The notes beneath the pieces were generated by a model. The model was given only the letters and a program-made list of their open reading frames with translations. It made no database searches and was not told the DNA's origin. A program made the position numbers and the translations under genes. From Bacteroidota bacterium (lineage in GTDB: Bacteria > Bacteroidota > Bacteroidia > AKYH767-A > OLB10): DNA of 64,000 nucleotides. The stretch covers positions 193,212 through 257,211 of the forward strand of contig JADKIC010000002.1 in the NCBI GenBank assembly GCA_016721435.1, given 5' to 3'. Positions 17,564 to 28,970 of this stretch are shown here, in pieces. Numbering within the stretch: the first letter of the stretch is position 1; every line of letters starts with the position of its first letter.

Positions 17564-18860
17564 ATGTTGAAACACTTCCGACAAGAAGTACTGTTTGTAC
17601 TGATGTCGTTTCTATTCCTGCTATCTTCCTGTACCGAACCTGATCTGATCGGGCTTGACCTTCAGCCATTGTCGCAACAACCGGGTTTGAAAGTGGATAC
17701 CCTTACCCTCGAAACATTTACAGTGCCCGAAGATTCACTGATCGTCTGGAGTCCGCTGAAAAACCTGATCGAGTTGCCCACCTTGTTCATCGGAAGTTAT
17801 GATGATCCTTATCTCGGAAAAACTCAAGCCGGCTTCGTCTCTCAAATTCGTCTGGGCAATACCATTACCAGCTCCACTTTTGCCGGAGTCACCACGCCCG
17901 ACTCTGTGGTATTGAGTTTTTTATACAAAGGAATAGAAGGCGATTCTACAGTGAATCATCATATCAGTGTATATGAACTGGATGAAGTATTACTTGCGGA
18001 TAGTACGTATTACAGCAGCAGAACGTATAGCCGAACCGGTTTCCTGGGTCATGTTGATTTGATTCCGGAGATCAGGGATAGTGTGTTGGTGGGAGGAACT
18101 AATGCCGCTCCGCAGTTGAGAATTCCGCTGGATACGGCCTTGGGTGGAAGATTCATGCGTGAGTATATTTCCAATCCCGGTATATTTGCAAGTAATACCG
18201 CGTTTATTGATTTCTTTAATGGGGTCTTACTCGTAGATAGTGCAGATGGAGTGGGGAGTATTGTTTCATTACCCTCTACATCAGGTGTGCATCGCCTCAC
18301 ACTCTATTTTTCCGGTACTAAGAGTTATGAATTTCTGATCGATGTGAATGCGGTGCGGTTGAGTTATTTTACCCACCAATATTTGCCTTCTGTTTATGAT
18401 AATATTCCCGATAATCAATTAGTGGTTGCTTCGATGGCCGGTTTGAAAGATAGTCTGGTCATTAAAAAATCTGACTTCTCTTTACGATGATGGACCTGTA
18501 TCCGTCAGCTCAGCCCGATTAATAATCAAATTGCAGGACGGAACTACGACTTCAAATTTTCTTCCGCACAATAACTTACTGATTTTCGGAAGTGATTCAA
18601 CAGGAAAAAATATTACAACAGCCGATGCCACGGAAACTTCCGCCTATTACGGAGGGACATTTGATGATACAAAAGACGAGTATATTTTTAATGTCGCCCG
18701 TTATGTGCAACAAACCCTGAAGAAAGTCGTAGAAAACGGCGGCAAAGATTATGGCCTTTTTCTCGTAGCGGGAGGAAGTACTTCTAATGCTAAAAGAACC
18801 GTCCTGCAAGGTCAGGATGCAATAAAATTAATAGTTACAACTACTAAAATCAACCCCTGA
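17564..18860 (+). CDS. DUF4270-type lipoprotein (conserved upstream of glmS in Bacteroidetes), split by an apparent frameshift near 18490-18531
   Basis: Lipoprotein signal LFLLSSCTEPD. Two consecutive same-strand ORFs (17564-18490, 18531-18860) sit immediately before glmS. Confidence 0.5.
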
Positions 18861-18863
18861 TCC

Positions 18864-20699
18864 ATGTGTGGAATCGTTGCATATATCGGAAAGCAGGAGG
18901 CTTATCCGATCATCATTAAAGGTCTTCAGCGCCTCGAATACAGAGGTTATGATAGTGCCGGAGTTGCGCTGTTGAACGGAACGCTGAATGTATATAAAAA
19001 GGCAGGCAAGGTAAGCGAACTGGCAGAATTTGTTAAAGGAAAAAATACTGCAGGTCATGTAGGAATGGGGCATACCCGTTGGGCAACGCATGGAGAACCG
19101 AATGATCGGAACGCACATCCTCATTTTTCTCAATCGAAGGACTTTGCCATTATCCATAATGGTATCATTGAGAATTACGCATCAATCAAAGCCGAGTTGA
19201 TGAAAGAGGGTCACGTTTTTCAAAGTGATACGGATACTGAAGTGTTGATTCATCTGATAGAAGAGATTTATTCAAAAGCCAATGTACCGCTGGAAGAAGC
19301 CGTGCGACTCGCATTGGGTGAAGTGGTGGGTGCCTATGCTATCGTTGTTTTATCGAAGAATGATCCGCAGAAATTAATTGCAGCAAGAAAAGGATCTCCC
19401 ATTGTTGTTGGAATCGGTAAAGATGAATTTTTTGTCGCCTCCGATGCCACACCGATCGTGGAATATACAAAGAATGTGGCTTACCTGAACGATGGAGAAG
19501 TCGCAGTAATTAATAACGGGGAACTAACGGTAAAGACTATAGGCAATGAAGTGAAAGTGCCCTATGTACAGGAACTCGAGTTAAAGTTAGAGGCATTAGA
19601 GAAGGGCGGCTATGAACACTTCATGCTGAAAGAGATTTATGAGCAACCCCGTTCGATCGCCGATAGTATGCGCGGTCGTTTTGACAGCAGGGCAGGACGA
19701 ATCAAATTAGGTGGATTAAGAGAGTTTGAAGCGAGAATTATTAATGCGAAACGCATCATGATTGTCGCATGTGGAACGTCTTGGCATGCCGGTCTGGTGG
19801 CGGAATACCTCATTGAAGACCTCGCCCGGATTCCGGTGGAAGTGGAGTACGCCTCTGAATTCAGATACCGCAACCCGGTTATTTACGAAGATGATGTGGT
19901 GATTGCAATTTCTCAAAGCGGAGAGACCGCCGACACCCTCGCCGCAGTGGAGCTGGCAAAATCAAAAGGCGCTACCATTTTTGGTGTCTGTAATGTGGTA
20001 GGATCAAGTATTCCACGAGCAACTCACGCCGGATCTTATACGCATGCCGGTCCTGAAATTGGAGTAGCGTCTACAAAAGCTTTTACTGCTCAGGTGACTG
20101 TACTCACCCTGCTCGCCTTACAAATTGCACATAAGAAAGGTACAATATCGGAATCCCGATTTCGTGAAATATTGAATGAGCTGGAAAGTATTCCGCAAAA
20201 AGTGGAGAAAGCACTCAAGTCAAATGATGAAGTGAAACTGATTGCAGAACGCTATAAGAACGCAAGGAATTTTCTCTATCTGGGAAGGGGTTACGGCTTC
20301 CCGGTAGCGTTAGAAGGTGCGTTGAAATTGAAGGAGATCTCCTATATTCATGCGGAAGGTTATCCGGCGGCTGAAATGAAACATGGACCCATAGCCTTGA
20401 TTGATGATGAGATGCCGGTAGTGGTAATTGCTACCAAGCATGGCAGCTATGAGAAAGTGGTAAGTAATATTCAGGAAGTAAAGGCAAGGAAAGGTAAAAT
20501 CATCGCAATTGTGACGGAGGGAGATACGGCTGTGAAGGAAATGGCGGATTATGTAATTGAAATTCCCGAAACGGATGAGATTTTGGTACCATTGGTTAGT
20601 GTAATTCCTCTACAATTGTTGGCCTATCATATTGCAGTAATGCGTGGTTGTAATGTAGATCAGCCTAGGAATTTAGCCAAAAGCGTAACAGTAGAATAA
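18864..20699 (+). CDS. glmS: Glutamine--fructose-6-phosphate aminotransferase (isomerising)
   Basis: N-terminal MCGIVAYIG (Ntn amidotransferase Cys2). Two SIS domains. C-terminal ...NLAKSVTVE. 611 aa. Confidence 0.95.
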   Translation: MCGIVAYIGKQEAYPIIIKGLQRLEYRGYDSAGVALLNGTLNVYKKAGKVSELAEFVKGKNTAGHVGMGHTRWATHGEPNDRNAHPHFSQSKDFAIIHNGIIENYASIKAELMKEGHVFQSDTDTEVLIHLIEEIYSKANVPLEEAVRLALGEVVGAYAIVVLSKNDPQKLIAARKGSPIVVGIGKDEFFVASDATPIVEYTKNVAYLNDGEVAVINNGELTVKTIGNEVKVPYVQELELKLEALEKGGYEHFMLKEIYEQPRSIADSMRGRFDSRAGRIKLGGLREFEARIINAKRIMIVACGTSWHAGLVAEYLIEDLARIPVEVEYASEFRYRNPVIYEDDVVIAISQSGETADTLAAVELAKSKGATIFGVCNVVGSSIPRATHAGSYTHAGPEIGVASTKAFTAQVTVLTLLALQIAHKKGTISESRFREILNELESIPQKVEKALKSNDEVKLIAERYKNARNFLYLGRGYGFPVALEGALKLKEISYIHAEGYPAAEMKHGPIALIDDEMPVVVIATKHGSYEKVVSNIQEVKARKGKIIAIVTEGDTAVKEMADYVIEIPETDEILVPLVSVIPLQLLAYHIAVMRGCNVDQPRNLAKSVTVE

Positions 20700-20733
20700 A
20701 AAGATACCTCATTGGTATTTTACTTCAATAAGT

Positions 20734-21394
20734 ATGAAAAAAAGAATTATTGCCTATTCCTCTGATCACGATTCACTGGGGAATTCTTTTCGAATGAAGC
20801 GGTTTAAGTTTTTGGCGGACAAGCTCGCGAAATTTCCTAAACCTGTAAATATTCTGGATGTAGGAGGAACCCTAAAGTATTGGGAAGCCAGAGGATTTCA
20901 GAATAATAATGATTTTATTATTACCATTATTAATCTTGAATCATCCGATTCGCCTTATACTAATATTAAAATATTAAAAGGAGATGCCACCAACCTCTCC
21001 AATTATAAAGACAAGTCCTTCGATCTGGCTTTCAGTAATTCAGTGATTGAGCATTTGACTGTTTTTGATAAGCAAGTATTGATGGCTAAAGGAAATGATA
21101 CGTACAGGTAAATATTATTTTGTACAAACGCCCAATCGCTACTTCCCGATAGAACCACATTTTCTTTTTCCGTTTTTTCAATTTCTTCCGTACTCTTTAA
21201 AATATTTTATCCTTACTAAAACAAAATTAAGTCGAGGCCGAAAACGCACTCCTCAACGCGCTGAGACTTACATTAAAGAGATTCGTCTCCTTACCACTAA
21301 AGAAATGTTGAAACTGTTTCCTGGATGTAAAGTGTACAATGAAAAAGTGGCCGGATTGATAAAATCAATAACTGTGCATAATTTGCCGGACTAA
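20734..21394 (+). CDS. Class I SAM-dependent methyltransferase (split by an apparent frameshift near 21095-21111)
   Basis: NILDVGGTLKYW (motif I) ... DLAFSNSVIEHL. The second ORF 21095-21394 continues in another frame. Confidence 0.5.
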
Positions 21395-21415
21395 TAACCT
21401 GTGCAAGAGTATAAG

Positions 21416-22587
21416 TTATTTTAGTATTTTAGAAAAGCGTTCTCCAATAATATCCGGGTTAAATCGCTTTTCTACACTCTTCAATGCAGAATGGCTAATG
21501 GTTTCGCAAAGTGCGGGATCATTAAGGAGTACATTGATTTTTTCGGAGAGCTGCTGAATATTACCTGCCTGAAAAAGCATTCCGTTTTCATTGGTAACAA
21601 CCACTTCGGAATTGGGGGAGAGGTCAGAAGCAATGACCGCTTTGGGAAAACTCATCGCCATCAATAATACGCCACTTTGATAAATGCGTGTGTAAGGAAG
21701 TACAATGACCGTACTTATTGAAAAAAGAAAGTCCCGTTCTTCATCAGTAATAAAACGTATCACCGGAATGACTTTATTTTGGATATTTAATTCACTGATG
21801 GTTTTTTCATATTGTGCCCAACTCCCTTCTCTCACTCTTCCGGCTACAATTAGTTTGTAGTTTCCTTCAGTAATGGCAATCGCACGAAGTAAGGTATCTA
21901 AGCCTTTCGCATTTTTTATCTGACCAAAAAACAAGACTATTTTAACGCCTCTTTTTAGATCATCATAAAGTTGTTCATGAATGGCTTGGGCAGAAACCTT
22001 ATTATTTTTAATAGCAGCTAAGGTGGAAGGATTCTCCTGATAATTTTTAAATAAGTGGATAAAATTTACATGTGGAATAACAACTGTATTCGCTGTGGAG
22101 GAAGGTCGAATGCTTTTTGAAAGTTGTTGCAGACTAAATTCATTGTGAACTACACGGATGTTGGGTAAGTTGTCAATGACCATTTTCCTCACAAAGGGAA
22201 CGGATATTGTATCCAGGCTTTCAATATCATGAACAATTGCACATATTTTGAATCCGAGTAATTTTGCCAATGAAAATGTAACTAAATCAAATACCCCTGC
22301 CGGAAAACATGGAGTATCAGCCACTCTGTTTTTTCCTTTCTGCAAGAAACTAAACTGCGTATGAATCCTGAAATAGTTCCCGCAACAGATTGCAACTTCG
22401 AAGTATTATGATTGTGAAATGCTTGGATAACTTTAATGGGTACACCGTTATCTTTGAAATTGGAATACAAACGAACATTTAATCCGTTTTTGGCAATTCC
22501 TTCCAGCAATAATAAATCATAATGATCCATGCCTGCTTTCTTACCAACAGGATCGATGAGGGCAACACGGTTCACTCTTTGTTCCAA
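21416..22587 (-). CDS. GT-B glycosyltransferase, family 4-like (split by an apparent frameshift near 22282-22345)
   Basis: The C-terminal half carries the GT4-type sugar-nucleotide-binding region (IVLFFGQIKNAKGLDTLL...LPYTRIYQSGVLLMAMSFPKAVIASD). The N-terminal ORF 22282-22587 is in another frame. Confidence 0.65.
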
Positions 22588-22672
22588 AATTTACTTTACA
22601 CTAATTTGAATTTCCGAAATCTATTAATTGAGGATTCAGTTTATTTGCTATTAAGCTTAAAATAATTGACCA

Positions 22673-23823
22673 TCATTTTCCATCCTTCAGTTTCCTTTCC
22701 AACGTATTCAATTTTCCAATTTTTGATTCGCCTTTTCTATCCTTTACATCAAAGTAAGGATCCCAAAAATCAGTATCACATTGGTAGCCATACATCGCCC
22801 AGGGCCATTTGTTTTCCTCAAAAGGTCGATAACATCCTTTAGCCAGATATTTGCGCCATCCGCCCATCTCACGCTTTGAAACTCACCTACGAAAATAAGG
22901 TTTCCTGTGGTGGCTTCGAATTTCTTAAGATCCTCAAATTTCTTTCTCATCAGTTCTTTATTCCAAAACACTTTATCTACAAAACCGGGATACTTAAAAC
23001 CTCTGGGTCGCTTTTTAATTCCCTGATGAGAGAAAGGATCCGGCAGATACATATGCGCTCCATAAATTAGTTTATCATCCTTAATGTCATACCCTTCAAA
23101 ATTCTTGTAATTGGTAGGCTTGCCCCATGGGCCGGGTGTGAGAAGAAAATAGCGACGGTTATCATATTTTCTGATCGTAGTTAATGCTCTCTTAAAAAAA
23201 TCTTCAATCTTTTCAGGGCTCTTCATTTTACCACCCGATTCGATGGCCGGCTCCCCAATTACTTCATACGCTGCAAGCTCATCTCCTCTGTTTTGATACC
23301 TTCTGGCAATGATATCCACCATATTGATTGCACTGTCTAAATTCCCTTTGTTATTCCAGAAATCAGGATGTTTATCATCCACAGATGATTTAGGATCCAG
23401 AATCAGGTTGTTAAAGGCAATCATACACGTAATTCCATTGGCTTTAGCAACATCAAGCATACTATCTGCCCAGATGAGTTCCCTGAAAAATGCTTGCGTG
23501 GGATCCATCTTTTCACGCATGGCTCTTTTGTTACCTTTAATGAAAATGCGTACCAGATTTACATTTATAGATTTCAAATACACCAAATCGGCAGGTACTG
23601 TTTTCTTGGATTCAACCGAAACACCTCTCCAGGGCCAGTTGACGGGTAAATTTTTATTTTGAGGATTCGACTCTTTGTCTCTCCCGGGTTGGTTTTGGGC
23701 AAGTACTTCCTCACCGCTTCCGGTGGCTTTCGTATCTTCCCGATTCGTCTTTTTTGCTTCCTGACTGCAGGAATTTTGGAGGTTCAGCAAACAAAGGCTG
23801 AGGATAAGAATTAATTTAATCAT
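22673..23823 (-). CDS. Secreted GH5-like glycoside hydrolase (signal peptide). The C-terminus continues in another frame near 22744-22870.
   Basis: Signal peptide MIKLILILSLCLLNLQNSCSQ. VIGEPA (acid/base NEP-like) and FVGEFQ (GEF nucleophile) motifs of clan GH-A. The downstream ORF 22673-22867 continues the domain. Confidence 0.5.
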
Positions 23824-23966
23824 GGCTGAATGGTTTAAAATAGATTGCCGTACATTCAATAGCAGGCTCCGTAAAGTTAGTAATTTATTTCTTTGAAAAC
23901 GATGAGCCAATAGTAAACGGGGACCAATGACCGGAAATCGCCTTCTAGTATGCTGAAAAATGTACT

Positions 23967-25250
23967 TTATTCGCCAGTTTGTACCAACGTATCATTTCGA
24001 TAGGGGTACACGTAAAATCGGTAATAATACAACACACCCATAAAGAAAGCAGGTGTACCGATAAATTTAATATTGTTAGCGGCACTTTGCATATCAAGGA
24101 AAATGAATAGTAAAGTGTAGATACAGGTCAATACGAACACGTCATTTATTTTTTTCATTTGCAACATCCATAGAAAACAGGCAATGTATGGAATATAGTA
24201 AAATATGGTTCCAATAATTCCAAATACATATAAGTTACCCAGTAGACCAATGTCGGCAGGATAGAAATAGCGATGAAATTGCAAATATCCACCATTCCAC
24301 TGTGAACTTAAGAATCCATTTCCTAGCCATGGATTTTCACTAATACCTTTCAAGGCTACTTCAGCTTCGTAGTAGCGGATATTGGTAGAGTATTCAGTAG
24401 TTTGTTCTCCTGTAAATATGGTAAAAGCGTTACCAAACAATTCCGCATAGTGATCAACAAAGTCAGGAGTGAACAATTGGAGTAAAACAACCACTAATCC
24501 GATAAGAAATACTCCAATAATAGAGTACAATAATATTTTCGTCGCTTTGAGATGAACAAAGTAGAAGAGCATAAGCACGATAAGAACAATGGCAATTTGT
24601 GATCGGTCTTGCCCGTAAACCAGAAAGAAGCCCAGTGAAAGCACTAAGGTGATGAGATGACGGGTCTTGTTATCTTTCAAAAAGGATATGGCACCATAAA
24701 TCAAAAGTCCCGCTGTTGCTCCATTAGGAAACTCATATATCCATCCTTTGTACCCCGTGAGTTTCACGAATTCCGTACCCGAAAATAGGGCAGGGTTTAC
24801 GAAAATGTAAAAAAAGTACATGATGAAGAGAGTTATAAACATGGAGTAAAGGAAATAGTTTTCCATTTTTTCCATACTTAACCATTGCCTCTTAAGAGAA
24901 ACAACAACAAGTACAGCACCTAAAATATAATAATGATAGCGTTGCGAAAGCAAACCATATAGATAAGGTTGATTAAATACAGAATGTGCCTGCGCTGCAT
25001 TTATCAGCGGATAAACCAGTAGTGGTAATAGGATAAGGAATAGGCGGCTTAGCCGTCCGTTTATGAGCTGTTTTGTGGTTTCGTGCAGGAAGACCGCAAC
25101 AAGAAAAAGTAAAAAGAAAAGAGAGAGAATTTCGTTCACTTCTCCCACAGGAATTCTGGAAATAATCCTGAAGCAAACCATAAAATACAGGAAAGAAAAA
25201 AATACAAGTAGTATTTTTTTTGTCAGATGTATTAATTTCCCGGTAACCAT
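23967..25250 (-). CDS. Wzy-like O-antigen/polysaccharide polymerase or O-antigen-ligase-family membrane protein
   Basis: 427 aa with 10 or more TM segments and a large periplasmic loop. Sits in a polysaccharide locus beside Wzx and GT genes. Confidence 0.5.
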   Translation of the reverse strand: MVTGKLIHLTKKILLVFFSFLYFMVCFRIISRIPVGEVNEILSLFFLLFLVAVFLHETTKQLINGRLSRLFLILLPLLVYPLINAAQAHSVFNQPYLYGLLSQRYHYYILGAVLVVVSLKRQWLSMEKMENYFLYSMFITLFIMYFFYIFVNPALFSGTEFVKLTGYKGWIYEFPNGATAGLLIYGAISFLKDNKTRHLITLVLSLGFFLVYGQDRSQIAIVLIVLMLFYFVHLKATKILLYSIIGVFLIGLVVVLLQLFTPDFVDHYAELFGNAFTIFTGEQTTEYSTNIRYYEAEVALKGISENPWLGNGFLSSQWNGGYLQFHRYFYPADIGLLGNLYVFGIIGTIFYYIPYIACFLWMLQMKKINDVFVLTCIYTLLFIFLDMQSAANNIKFIGTPAFFMGVLYYYRFYVYPYRNDTLVQTGE

Positions 25251-25260
25251 TTGCTCGAAA

Positions 25261-26139
25261 TTATTTGCACCAATGTTGTAGGGATTTACCGGTGATCTTT
25301 TCCAGTTCCGGTATTTCAGGCTTGTACAATGCTTTAAGTACTTCTTTTGCTTGCAGCGATAATACCGGCAGGTGCTTTTTGGAAAACAACTTTGATTTTA
25401 TATTTCCTCTCGTTTTTTCATCCAGGAAATAGGCCAGAAATTTTCTGAATTGCTCCTGCTTATACAGCCATCTCACTAATGGTGATTTCGCAGCAGTGGT
25501 CACATTTCTTTGCTCAAGCCCATGACCTGAAACCTCATGTTCTATTTCAAGAAATGCAGAAAGTCTTTTCAACTCTTCCTCCGGACGCGAGACAAGATCA
25601 TCATGGATGAAAATTAAAACCTGATCTTTCGGAAAGACATTTAAGTATCTTTTTATTTGCTCCGTATATTGACTAAGCAGAATATATTGCTGGTAGTACA
25701 GTTTTAAGGAATCGTTTTTTTCTCCTTCTAAAACAATTTTATCAAAAGATTCTTTAACGAGATGCAGACTATAATCCATCAGGTAATGTGAGAATGCCCG
25801 ATGGACCGGGTCGCGAAGTGAAATTATAATTTTTGCTTTCGGATTAAATTGATATATTTTTTCAGCTACTCCCGGATAGAACAAATAGGAAACACTACAC
25901 TCTCCGGATATTTTATTACCTTTTTTTGGTTGGAAAAGCTGAAGATACTCTTCGAGTGTTTTCGGATTTTTCTTTTTATAATATAAGCCTTGAGCTGCAA
26001 TTTGATCACCTGAAAAATAATTGGGCTCTTTATCGCTACTCATACATACCTGGGGATGGCCGGCCAGATAGGCATACAATGCCGTGGTGCCCGCTTTAGG
26101 CGAACCGATAATAAAGAAATCAGGGCTCATTCGCATCAT
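25261..26139 (-). CDS. PAPS-dependent sulfotransferase (paralogue 1 of 4)
   Basis: 5'-PSB motif IIGSPKAGTT. 3'-PB motif ISLRDPVHRAFSHY. Confidence 0.8.
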   Translation of the reverse strand: MMRMSPDFFIIGSPKAGTTALYAYLAGHPQVCMSSDKEPNYFSGDQIAAQGLYYKKKNPKTLEEYLQLFQPKKGNKISGECSVSYLFYPGVAEKIYQFNPKAKIIISLRDPVHRAFSHYLMDYSLHLVKESFDKIVLEGEKNDSLKLYYQQYILLSQYTEQIKRYLNVFPKDQVLIFIHDDLVSRPEEELKRLSAFLEIEHEVSGHGLEQRNVTTAAKSPLVRWLYKQEQFRKFLAYFLDEKTRGNIKSKLFSKKHLPVLSLQAKEVLKALYKPEIPELEKITGKSLQHWCK

Positions 26140-26151
26140 CAGGCAATAAAT

Positions 26152-27120
26152 CTACGCTTTTAACCAATGGGATAGGTCGCGGTTCAATTCCTTACCCAAG
26201 GCTTCGACTTCTGTTTTGAAAAGATCATTAAGCCATTTACGGTCTTCCACACTCATTTTTTCAGGTCCTTCGCTCTTGAAGAAGAGGGACTTTACGGAGT
26301 TCTGCATGGATTTAGGAAGGGCTCTGAAAACTTTTCTTTTTAAACCGGTTTGTGTTAACAGGTGTAAAAATTTAACATTTTTCGGAACCTTTGCTTCATT
26401 GTGTTTTTCTCCAAAGTTGATGTTTATCTCAGGATCCAGGTCAAGAAAATCGAAAACATCTCTGACGACCTTAGGAGTATTTGCTTTAAGGTCATCAAAA
26501 ACCAGAATTTTCAATTGCTCCGGTGAAAAGAGTTCTTTGTATCTTTTAATCTGATTGGAGTACATGCCTAATTCTATGTACAGATGAGATTTACCCCAGC
26601 CCTTTTGCGGTTTTGCCATATCCGCTTCCAGTTCTTTCCGGAAAGGAAGGATCGCTCTTCCGTCACGTATATTGGCTAAATAATGAGAGTAGGCTCTGTC
26701 GGCAGGATTCCGGAGGATGGCGATGAGTTTTACCCCCGGTAATGTTGATTTAATATTTTTTGCAGCGACTTCACTGTAAAGATAAGAGTTGCTGATTTCG
26801 CCAATACGTTTTTTTCCTGCTGCAAATTTGAACAACAGCTTGTAATCTTCCTCTGACTGAACATATGCTCCCCATTGATCCTCCTTCATGTCACCACGGA
26901 CATATTTATAAACATCAAGATTTTTTGCTTTTTCGTGAATTTTATATTCAGGACTGAATTCTTCCGGATGAATATCTTTGGAGAAGTGATTTGGTTCCTT
27001 AATAGGACTCATGTACACATCTCTATGTTGTTTCAGATAATGGTAGATAGAAGTAGTACCACATTTAGCAGCGCCAATCACCAAAAAGTTAGGTAGTATA
27101 TTTGTTTTTATTTCAGCCAT
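26152..27120 (-). CDS. PAPS-dependent sulfotransferase (paralogue 2 of 4)
   Basis: VIGAAKCGTTSIYHY. ILRNPADRAYSHY. Confidence 0.8.
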   Translation of the reverse strand: MAEIKTNILPNFLVIGAAKCGTTSIYHYLKQHRDVYMSPIKEPNHFSKDIHPEEFSPEYKIHEKAKNLDVYKYVRGDMKEDQWGAYVQSEEDYKLLFKFAAGKKRIGEISNSYLYSEVAAKNIKSTLPGVKLIAILRNPADRAYSHYLANIRDGRAILPFRKELEADMAKPQKGWGKSHLYIELGMYSNQIKRYKELFSPEQLKILVFDDLKANTPKVVRDVFDFLDLDPEININFGEKHNEAKVPKNVKFLHLLTQTGLKRKVFRALPKSMQNSVKSLFFKSEGPEKMSVEDRKWLNDLFKTEVEALGKELNRDLSHWLKA

Positions 27121-28061
27121 TCGTCAAGATTTCTGTTTATTAATTTGGACAATCGTAATACATCATCCTTCAATAGATTTTTTATTTCTTTCTTTGTTTC
27201 CTCATCTGATTTATTGCTTTCCGGTTTTTTATAGAGGAGGTGTAATATTAATTTTTTCAGTGGAGAATGTTCAAGAAAATTTCTAGCCTTCACCCGGATG
27301 AAATCCGATTTTAAGAGGTGAGAAATCATTTTGTTTTTCGGAACTGTAGATTCATTTTTAAAATCAGCTTCGTGGGGAATGAAATCATTGCTAACGCCGA
27401 GAAAATCGAATAGTTTTATCAATGTCGCGGATTTATCCTGATACAAATCCTTTTGAAGAAGTACAAGTATATTGTTTGGAGGAAATGTATCGAAGTATCT
27501 TTTGACCTGATTGTAATATTGACCCAGTTCCAAATAGAGAGAACTGGCTCCCCAACCCTTTGGAGTTGTAGTACGATCCTTTTCCAGTGCGACTTTAAAA
27601 CTATCTTGTGTAAAACCTAATTTAAGATCCATCAGGTAATGAGAATAGGCTCTTCCGGAAGGTTCACGAAGTATGATGATTATTTTCGAATTTTCGTTAA
27701 ATTTAAATATTTCCTGAGCAGCAGTTTCAGAATAAAGATAGGAAGGACTGGCTTCACCTTTGACCTGACCGGAACCTGCCTGCGAAAATAGCTGCAGGTA
27801 TTGTTCTTTATTCCTGATATAGGCACGATGAATCACCCTCTTCATTCCATCTTTAAAAAACTGATCGATGTTTTCAGCTTTGATCCTGTTCTTCACACTT
27901 TGACGAAGATTTTCTAAAATGATATCAGTGGAAAAAAAATTCGGCTCCTTGATCGGAGACATATAAATATCCGGATGCTGCCGCAGGTAATGGTAAAGCG
28001 CCGTCGTTCCGGACTTCGCAGCGCCAACAATAAAAAAATCCGGTTTATTTGAAGAGGTCAT
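27108..28061 (-). CDS. PAPS-dependent sulfotransferase (paralogue 3 of 4)
   Basis: IVGAAKSGTTALYHY. ILREPSGRAYSHY. Confidence 0.8.
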   Translation of the reverse strand: MTSSNKPDFFIVGAAKSGTTALYHYLRQHPDIYMSPIKEPNFFSTDIILENLRQSVKNRIKAENIDQFFKDGMKRVIHRAYIRNKEQYLQLFSQAGSGQVKGEASPSYLYSETAAQEIFKFNENSKIIIILREPSGRAYSHYLMDLKLGFTQDSFKVALEKDRTTTPKGWGASSLYLELGQYYNQVKRYFDTFPPNNILVLLQKDLYQDKSATLIKLFDFLGVSNDFIPHEADFKNESTVPKNKMISHLLKSDFIRVKARNFLEHSPLKKLILHLLYKKPESNKSDEETKKEIKNLLKDDVLRLSKLINRNLDEWLK

Positions 28062-28064
28062 GTG

Positions 28065-28970
28065 TTATTTTAACCAAAGCGATAAATCCCGCTGAATAAG
28101 TTGTTGCGTTTTGATAATATCTTCTCTGTAAAAATCCTTAAGTTTTTCTTTCAGTTCCGGATCTATGATTAGTTTGTTTTCACCCTGTACAGAGGGCTTC
28201 CTGAATTTGTGCATTATTTTTCTTCTGGTTTTCTCCTCTGTAAAAATGTTAGCGATTGGCTTCAGTAAAGCTTTCACATTTTTATTTTGGAAAATGTATT
28301 TGAACCATAAGTTGTTTTTCTGAGGATCGGAAATATTGTATTTTACAGAAGTATCAGGCGTAAAGGTGTCATTCACCCCGATAAATCGAAACAACTCCTG
28401 CATCGTAGCAACGGGTTGATCGGTTAGGTCTTCCTGTAGTATGACTTTTACCCTGGTAAAATTATTTTGAAATGCAGCAATTCCATCTGCATATAGCCCG
28501 AGTCCTTTGTATTGCCACATAAAATCCCAGTTCAATTCAGCACGATGCGGTTCTTCTTTCAGAGCGGCTTCAAGAGAAAGGTCTTCCTTTTCCAGCCTTA
28601 TAAAATGTTTATACCCGCTAATAAGCCGGGCTACCGGTTGACGTATCACAATGATGATGGGTACATCTCCCAGTGTTTCTTTTATCTGTGGAATAGCTGT
28701 TTTATAGTAATGAAGGTAGCAGGTAGATACTTCGCCTATTGCTCCTCCATCACATTTATGGTAAAGTTGATCATATTGGTCTTTCGTAAAAATAATACGT
28801 GACGGCTCACGTCTTCCGCGGTTATCGTCAGAAGGCTTCTTGTAAAAATCAGCAATAAAGAAGAAAGTTTCCTTCTTAGGGATGCATACTTCCGGATGTT
28901 GTTCCAGATAATAGAACAAGGAAGTTGTTCCGCATTTTGCTACACCTGCTACAAGGAAATTAGGTTTCAT
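28065..28970 (-). CDS. PAPS-dependent sulfotransferase (paralogue 4 of 4, most divergent)
   Basis: VAGVAKCGTTSLFYY. VIRQPVARLISGY. Confidence 0.75.
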   Translation of the reverse strand: MKPNFLVAGVAKCGTTSLFYYLEQHPEVCIPKKETFFFIADFYKKPSDDNRGRREPSRIIFTKDQYDQLYHKCDGGAIGEVSTCYLHYYKTAIPQIKETLGDVPIIIVIRQPVARLISGYKHFIRLEKEDLSLEAALKEEPHRAELNWDFMWQYKGLGLYADGIAAFQNNFTRVKVILQEDLTDQPVATMQELFRFIGVNDTFTPDTSVKYNISDPQKNNLWFKYIFQNKNVKALLKPIANIFTEEKTRRKIMHKFRKPSVQGENKLIIDPELKEKLKDFYREDIIKTQQLIQRDLSLWLK